Below are positions 58,777-64,000 of a DNA stretch of 64,000 nucleotides, in pieces (the first letter of the stretch is position 1; every line of letters begins with the position of its first letter). The notes beneath the pieces were generated by a model. The model had not been told where the DNA came from. It did no database searches and saw nothing but the letters and a program-made list of their open reading frames with translations. A program made the position numbers and the translations under genes. Origin of the DNA: an uncultured virus (IMG/VR IMGVR_UViG_3300042569_001792) (lineage: Duplodnaviria > Heunggongvirae > Uroviricota > Caudoviricetes); IMG/VR virus record IMGVR_UViG_3300042569_001792. One strand, given 5' to 3'.

Positions 58777-59502
58777 ATGGACACTTACTTTTACTACTTT
58801 ACAATTGACAAAGATAACGGAATTCTGCCTTTTTACTACAGTGATAAAGAATACCCAGGCTTAAATAAAAATACCTGCCGGGCAAGGCGGCATGAAATTT
58901 ACCATTACTATTTCAAAAATGATATTAAAGATGTATCAATTAAAGATACTCTGGTTGGTATTGGAACGCCAAGTGTGAATTTAGAAAATGTGATTTCCAA
59001 TCTACATAGATTTGAAGATATCGTTGGAATAAGGAGATCTAAAATTGAAAAATTTGAAAATGGTGGCTCCCCACTTACTCCAGATTGTGTTCAATATAAA
59101 GTTACGGGTAGCTATTGGTGGGGAATTGCCCCGCCGATTCATAGTCTTTATACTTTGCTAATTAGACTTTTAGTTAGGATTGAACAAAATATTTCAGGTA
59201 AGGTATTTAATATTGGTGAAGACGATCTTGATTTTATTATTACAAATGATAAAGCGGAGTATGATAGAATTAAATCGCGTATCCTACCATTAATGAAAAA
59301 CGTAAAAAAGATCTTTCCTAAAAATAAGAAAGAGAATTATGTTTATTCAACTAACGAAAGTGCCCAAGGTAACATACATAATTTTGGTATAGAAATTTTT
59401 ATGAGAGATAGTCCTCCTGCATATTTCTTAAAGGAGGAAAGAGATAAAATAAAGGAATTACAAGATAAATTTAAAGAAGTTCTTGACTTTCATCAGAAGT
59501 GA
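58777..59502 (+). CDS. Hypothetical protein, paralog of 58020 and 53253
   Basis: CRARRH, GSYWWGIAPP.HSLYTLLIR, IHNFGI motifs. Confidence 0.7.
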   Translation: MDTYFYYFTIDKDNGILPFYYSDKEYPGLNKNTCRARRHEIYHYYFKNDIKDVSIKDTLVGIGTPSVNLENVISNLHRFEDIVGIRRSKIEKFENGGSPLTPDCVQYKVTGSYWWGIAPPIHSLYTLLIRLLVRIEQNISGKVFNIGEDDLDFIITNDKAEYDRIKSRILPLMKNVKKIFPKNKKENYVYSTNESAQGNIHNFGIEIFMRDSPPAYFLKEERDKIKELQDKFKEVLDFHQK

Positions 59503-59510
59503 TGTATAGT
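59483..59510 (+). promoter_or_regulatory. Sigma70-type promoter, probably leaderless transcript
   Basis: TTGACT-16-TATAGT; ATG 5 nt downstream. Confidence 0.65.
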
Positions 59511-59515
59511 ACAAC

Positions 59516-59878
59516 ATGTCAAGAAAAGATCATCTACAGAAACTAATTTCGTGGGCCAAACATCATAAAGAGTTTTTGCAAATGAGACGGCAGTTTCATG
59601 TTGCCGCAATTTATAAAAGAAATAAACTAATATCTATTGCGACGAATAGTTTGAAAAGTCACCCATTAATGGCTGGATTTTATCCAGACTATCCAGGAAT
59701 GGGATTGCACGCAGAACTTGCGGCGATTATTCAAGCTGGAATTGACGGCGACTTCACGAAAAAAAGTCTTTATGTGATTAGAATTGACAATAATGGAAAT
59801 CTGGCTAATAGTAAACCGTGTATATATTGCCAGAGATTGATAGATAAACTAAAATTCAAAAGTGTAGAACACTCATAA
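59516..59878 (+). CDS. Cytidine/dCMP deaminase-superfamily protein
   Basis: HAE and KPCIYC zinc motifs. Confidence 0.85.
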   Translation: MSRKDHLQKLISWAKHHKEFLQMRRQFHVAAIYKRNKLISIATNSLKSHPLMAGFYPDYPGMGLHAELAAIIQAGIDGDFTKKSLYVIRIDNNGNLANSKPCIYCQRLIDKLKFKSVEHS

Positions 59879-59887
59879 ATTTAACAC

Positions 59888-60264
59888 GGGGGTGAATGGA
59901 CAGATAATAAATACATACAAATAAGAACGCAAGCAGTGGATGATTCGTTGGCCACTTAAAAAATCGAATCAAAAAAGAAAAGACGAAACAAACATTGATA
60001 GTCTTATGGCACAGGCTGAAGCGATCTTCGCTAATCCAGATGCCTATCTCGCCGAAAGCGAGGTTTCCGCTAAAACCGAGGCTTACGCTTTAGTTTGAGT
60101 GAAATAAATCTAAAGAAATTTCTCTTTATACTTTAGATTATTTAAAAGAGAACCCGCCTAGAAATAGGATATTCAGACATGAAGAAAAAAATGTAAACGC
60201 TTGTAATTCGGTCTTATAGTTTTGTTTATTAAAAGGGGGGTTCGATTCCTCCCCACCTCCACCA
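59888..60264 (+). ncRNA. ssrA: tmRNA (SsrA)
   Basis: GGGGGTG/CACCTCC-A-CCA acceptor with G3:U, T-arm GGTTCGATTCC, helix 2 pairings, PK1 (agtgg/ccact, tgattcg/cgaatca), tag frame ending YALV-stop; smpB nearby. Confidence 0.9.
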
Positions 60265-60278
60265 ATTTCAAAAACAGC

Positions 60279-60306
60279 TTGACTTTCTGTAAAGCTGTGG
60301 TATAAT
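60279..60306 (+). promoter_or_regulatory. Sigma70-type promoter, probably leaderless transcript
   Basis: TTGACT-16-TATAAT with extended TG; ATG 6 nt downstream. Confidence 0.75.
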
Positions 60307-60312
60307 ACAAAC

Positions 60313-61203
60313 ATGCACAAATTATCTCTCTGTTGTATCCATAATGGTCTGTCCAAACAAGGCCACTCATTTAAGACAATGACCTTTAAAAAGTTTGCTT
60401 CTATGAATAGAAGTATGGCTATTAAAGAATTATCGTCTATTTATCTAAATAATCTTTCTGTAACTTGGCGGATTATTAATGAGTGTGTCGCTAATGGTTG
60501 GCATTATAGGGTAAGTAGTTCATTATTTCCATTACTTACATTTCCAGAGGCAAGTATTTGTCTTGAAGATATGCCCGGCTTTAATCAGATTCTAGTTCAA
60601 TTAGAAAGAATTAGAAATACAGTAGTTAGCTCTGGCATTAAACTATCCTCTCATCCAGATCAATTTAATGTTTTAGCCTCTTTTAATCCTAAAGTAGTTA
60701 AAGCTACAGTTGATGAGCTTAGTTTCCATGGGTGGCTACTGACTATGATGGGCGGTGAATCGAACTATTCCTGCCCAATTAATATTCACATGAATACATA
60801 TAAAGGCGACCTAAAGGATATCGCCCGTAGTTTCAGAGATAATTTCAATCTACTTGACGATAGTGTCAAAAGTCGTTTAGTTCTCGAGAACGAAGACAAA
60901 CCTAATTCTTGGTCAACTAAAGAGCTTATTGACTGTCACGATATTCTAAAAGTGCCAATTACATTCGATAATCTACATTGGCAACTTAATCAAAAAGGTA
61001 TGTCCGAGGAAGATGCCTTTCATTCTTCTTATCAAACTTGGGATACAGTTCCAAGATTTCACTTTAGCGGCAGCGAGGGTAAATTAAATCCTCGGGCGCA
61101 CGCAGATATGCCAAGTAATACTCCAAATAATTTTGGGCGTGATGTTATATGGGATGTAGAATTTAAAGCTAAGGAACTTGCACTTAAATGGATTCAAAAG
61201 TAA
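60313..61203 (+). CDS. uvdE: UV-damage endonuclease
   Basis: YRVSS.LFP, HPDQF, NIH, LENED, FDNLH, HAD, EFKAKE motifs. Confidence 0.92.
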   Translation: MHKLSLCCIHNGLSKQGHSFKTMTFKKFASMNRSMAIKELSSIYLNNLSVTWRIINECVANGWHYRVSSSLFPLLTFPEASICLEDMPGFNQILVQLERIRNTVVSSGIKLSSHPDQFNVLASFNPKVVKATVDELSFHGWLLTMMGGESNYSCPINIHMNTYKGDLKDIARSFRDNFNLLDDSVKSRLVLENEDKPNSWSTKELIDCHDILKVPITFDNLHWQLNQKGMSEEDAFHSSYQTWDTVPRFHFSGSEGKLNPRAHADMPSNTPNNFGRDVIWDVEFKAKELALKWIQK

Positions 61204-61631
61204 ATATAAAAGGGGGGGAGATTTTGTATAATCCACATTCTAATTTATTTTCTATGTATATAGAAAAAATGAATGGGTTTTATAGAATGATATCATTATT
61301 TGATAAGCAAGATGAAAATTCTCTTCATTTAGAAATAAATCACCAATACACTATCAGTAAATATCTCTTTGATGATCTATTAACTCTAAGTGAGATTAAA
61401 ATTCCAAAGAATATTTATCTCTCCAATCATGCAGATAAGGGGATTTATCTTGGATTTAATAAGAATACAAACAATGCTTATTTAATAGCGATTAGTTGTC
61501 CGGGAAGCCCACACCAATTAAATTATACAGTAAATCTTTTTGATAGATACATATTACATATAAGTAGTAGAAATTTAATTTCTGATTATTATCAAATTGC
61601 GCCAAAGAAATTCAAATATAAAATAAAATGA
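61188..61631 (+). CDS. Hypothetical protein
   Basis: ORF; C-terminal IAPKKFKYKI. Confidence 0.55.
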   Translation: MDSKVNIKGGEILYNPHSNLFSMYIEKMNGFYRMISLFDKQDENSLHLEINHQYTISKYLFDDLLTLSEIKIPKNIYLSNHADKGIYLGFNKNTNNAYLIAISCPGSPHQLNYTVNLFDRYILHISSRNLISDYYQIAPKKFKYKIK

Positions 61632-61831
61632 CCTTCAAAAGATTAAAAAGATTGTTGACAAGTGCTAAAATATGTGCTATGATACCAGTAGACAAAGCAC
61701 CGAAGGAAATAAAAGAACTTTATCCAGAATCTAAAGGATTTATTATCTGCCCAGTCGGTGAAGAGATAGATGAAGCGTTTAAGAAAGAATCAACCGTTCT
61801 GGATGGATTAGCAATATGGGGAGCAAAGTAA
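61628..61831 (+). CDS. Hypothetical protein
   Basis: ORF; contains an internal TTGACA-17-TATGAT. Confidence 0.45.
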   Translation: MTFKRLKRLLTSAKICAMIPVDKAPKEIKELYPESKGFIICPVGEEIDEAFKKESTVLDGLAIWGAK

Positions 61832-61832
61832 A

Positions 61833-62234
61833 ATGAGATTAATCAAAAAAAAGGGTAGTGTCTATCTCATAGATTGTCTTGAGTATGGATTAAATATAAG
61901 TAAACATACCTTAGTTTTAAAACAAGGTAAAGACGGTTTATTTAGATTAGTTTTATTTAGTCGCAAACAATATGAAGATGTAGAATATGTCCCAGAATTG
62001 ATAATATCAAACGATCAATGTGCAAATTTTAGGATTTGCTATAGTATCCACGGAAGCGTTCTTCTTATATTTAAAAGTCCAGAAGGAGAATTGAAAAGTA
62101 TAACTTTTTTTGAATGTAAAAGTTACACAAAAGAAGACCACCATTTAATTGTGAATAAATTGATGGATACTAATGCAATGACAGTTGCGCCAAATAAATT
62201 AAAGGTGAGGATACCAATACAAAATAACCTATGA
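61833..62234 (+). CDS. Hypothetical protein
   Basis: ORF; C-terminal VAPNKLKVRI. Confidence 0.55.
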   Translation: MRLIKKKGSVYLIDCLEYGLNISKHTLVLKQGKDGLFRLVLFSRKQYEDVEYVPELIISNDQCANFRICYSIHGSVLLIFKSPEGELKSITFFECKSYTKEDHHLIVNKLMDTNAMTVAPNKLKVRIPIQNNL

Positions 62235-62689
62235 TTGATAAAATTAAAATTGGAGATATGTTTACATATTCTGATTTGAAAAATATATACATGATTACTC
62301 ACTTAGATTTAATATCTAAGAATATACAGGCAATGTATATAGGACATTCAGAAAAAGGTAAATATACATTAAAGAGCATACCTTATGTTATGAGTCCAGT
62401 TGCGGCAATGATTTTTTGCAAAAAAGGAGAAGTTGAAATGGAAATAACTCAGGCCGAAAGAGAATCACAGTATGAAATACCACATATTTTGGATAAAAGA
62501 TACCCCAAAATAGTATTCTATAAATTTAATGGAGATCCATTTCTAATGGTAAAAAATGCTCATCAAGGAAGCCGAATGTATAATATGATTTCATTATCAA
62601 ATCCAGGAAATAATTTCATCTTGCCGGAGTCTCGAATGAACGACTATGAACTAGCACCATGTAACACAACATTAAAAATAAAAAGCTAA
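62231..62689 (+). CDS. Hypothetical protein
   Basis: ORF; C-terminal LAPCNTTLKI. Confidence 0.55.
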   Translation: MIDKIKIGDMFTYSDLKNIYMITHLDLISKNIQAMYIGHSEKGKYTLKSIPYVMSPVAAMIFCKKGEVEMEITQAERESQYEIPHILDKRYPKIVFYKFNGDPFLMVKNAHQGSRMYNMISLSNPGNNFILPESRMNDYELAPCNTTLKIKS

Positions 62690-62695
62690 TATACT

Positions 62696-62920
62696 ATGTA
62701 CCAACCACCCACACCAGATAATCTAATACAACAACGGACAAATATTGACAAAGAAAGTCGCATAATAATCTGGCTTACTGGATGCCTATATAAAAATCAA
62801 AAAGTGCGGACAACAAGTAAAAAGATAGCCGAGCTTTTTAACAAAAGGGGCTGGGATATTGAGGAACTAGGCGAAGAAGGTTATAATATAAAATATCCAG
62901 CAAAGTTTAATTTGGATTGA
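62696..62920 (+). CDS. Hypothetical protein
   Basis: ORF in array. Confidence 0.5.
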   Translation: MYQPPTPDNLIQQRTNIDKESRIIIWLTGCLYKNQKVRTTSKKIAELFNKRGWDIEELGEEGYNIKYPAKFNLD

Positions 62921-62921
62921 T

Positions 62922-63437
62922 ATGAAAAAACACGAAGACTATATCACCCATATTTCAAATAAAGAAGACGCTCCATATTTATATGGGAAGCATTTTCCCG
63001 TAAATATGCGTTTATTCAAAACATCGCCAGAATACAAAGCAATTATTCTGAGTATGTGTTCTTATATTAGAGAGCTTTGCCTAGATGTTAAAGAGGGGTA
63101 TAAAAAACCCCATGGAATGAGTTCAGCAAATGCTGGATTAGCATTTAATATCATCGGTATCACAAGAAATAGAAATTCTAAACAAGAATATTGTGAAATA
63201 ATGATAAATCCAGAAATTCTTGATTGCTCTAAAGATATGGTAGAATCTATGAGTAATTGTGGAAGTATTAATTTAGAAAAGCCTATTAAGATAAAAAGAT
63301 ATTCAGAAGTTAAAGTGGGATATTTCAATGAAAACGGAGAATATCTTTGCAAGATATTTGATAGGGAGAATGGCTCTCTTACTATTCAACATGAAATAGA
63401 TCATAATTTAGGAATACTGATAACTGATAGAGTTTAA
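62922..63437 (+). CDS. def: Peptide deformylase-like protein
   Basis: MINPEI, C.S, KRY, QHEIDH..GILI.DR; motifs 1 and 2 divergent. Confidence 0.8.
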   Translation: MKKHEDYITHISNKEDAPYLYGKHFPVNMRLFKTSPEYKAIILSMCSYIRELCLDVKEGYKKPHGMSSANAGLAFNIIGITRNRNSKQEYCEIMINPEILDCSKDMVESMSNCGSINLEKPIKIKRYSEVKVGYFNENGEYLCKIFDRENGSLTIQHEIDHNLGILITDRV

Positions 63438-63496
63438 AAATAAAATTAGTTAAAAAAAGAACTTGCACTCCTCTCGTTCTGTAGTAATGTACTCAC

Positions 63497-64000
63497 ATGA
63501 CAAAGTATCATCAAGCATTCAATTCAGTAGTTGGTCAAGACGAAGCTAAACAATTACTATCTCTCTCCATTCAGTCGGGCGTAAATAATGGGCGGATGTT
63601 GTCGCCTCTTATTGAGGCACCAGCAGGAGTCGGTAAAACAAAAATTTCAGACGCTTATATTCAAGCATTAGCGGATGAAGGTATTCCCACTCTACGTTAT
63701 TCTTCCCCGGAAGAATTCAGATCAGAGGGCGAGGCTTATGACCAATTTGTTCATACTATCTGTAACGAAGAAAAATACGCTATCTTTATTGATGAAATCC
63801 ACCTGATTGATAATCGTAAAACAGTCAGAATGGAAAGAATTAAGGCTTTTCTTATGAAAGCTTTAGATAAAGAAAACAATGGTAAGCCAATCCGATTCGA
63901 TGAAGACAATATTGTCTATTTTGATAGGAGTCGCGGAAGTATCGTTCTTGCAACTAACTTTCCGCATAAATTGGATTCAAGCGGAGCGTTTCAAAGTCGC
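63497..64000 (+). CDS. RuvB-like AAA+ ATPase (3' truncated by window, not in ORF track)
   Basis: F..VVGQ, Walker A APAGVGKT, Walker B FIDEIH, LATN, SR. Confidence 0.75.
   Translation, partial: MTKYHQAFNSVVGQDEAKQLLSLSIQSGVNNGRMLSPLIEAPAGVGKTKISDAYIQALADEGIPTLRYSSPEEFRSEGEAYDQFVHTICNEEKYAIFIDEIHLIDNRKTVRMERIKAFLMKALDKENNGKPIRFDEDNIVYFDRSRGSIVLATNFPHKLDSSGAFQSR

Noticed and set aside
60138..60370. Minus-strand ORFs of 72 and 65 aa
   Set aside because: Antisense to the tmRNA 3' end, a promoter and the uvdE start
1264..63352. Numerous short antisense or nested ORFs in the track (e.g. 1536, 4061, 4413, 4905, 17569, 28924, 47304, 63062)
   Set aside because: They lie inside well-supported genes and have no recognisable motifs
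1..64000. CRISPR array or mini-array near the Cas4-like nuclease or tnpB
   Set aside because: No regularly spaced direct repeats seen by eye; a repeat finder was not run
1..64000. Stop-codon reassignment
   Set aside because: Code 11 gives dense full-length genes ending in TAA, TAG and TGA; neither tRNA is a suppressor

Overview
AT-rich, densely coding, almost entirely plus-strand segment of a large (probably jumbo) dsDNA phage. The host is probably Gram-negative: there is an outer-membrane beta-barrel gene, TTGACA/TATAAT-type promoters, and little Shine-Dalgarno use. In order, the window holds the 3' part of nrdA; a surface-glycan cluster (glycosyl-, fucosyl-, methyl- and acetyltransferases, and gmd with a LAGLIDADG intein); a replication block (RecA-like, DnaB, DnaG, DHFR, atypical ThyA, SSB); and a DnaE broken into three genes, two joined by a split intein with a GIY-YIG gene between them. 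Then come tRNA-Gln, tRNA-Cys, a sigma factor, and a solitary intact TnpB flanked by two synonymously diverged copies of one gene start. The last third holds an expanded phiEco32-like amidoligase/glutaminase cluster, SmpB plus a divergent tmRNA with a ~38-codon tag, UvdE, a degenerate peptide deformylase and a RuvB-like ATPase cut by the window end. All calls come from reading motifs by eye; no searches were run.
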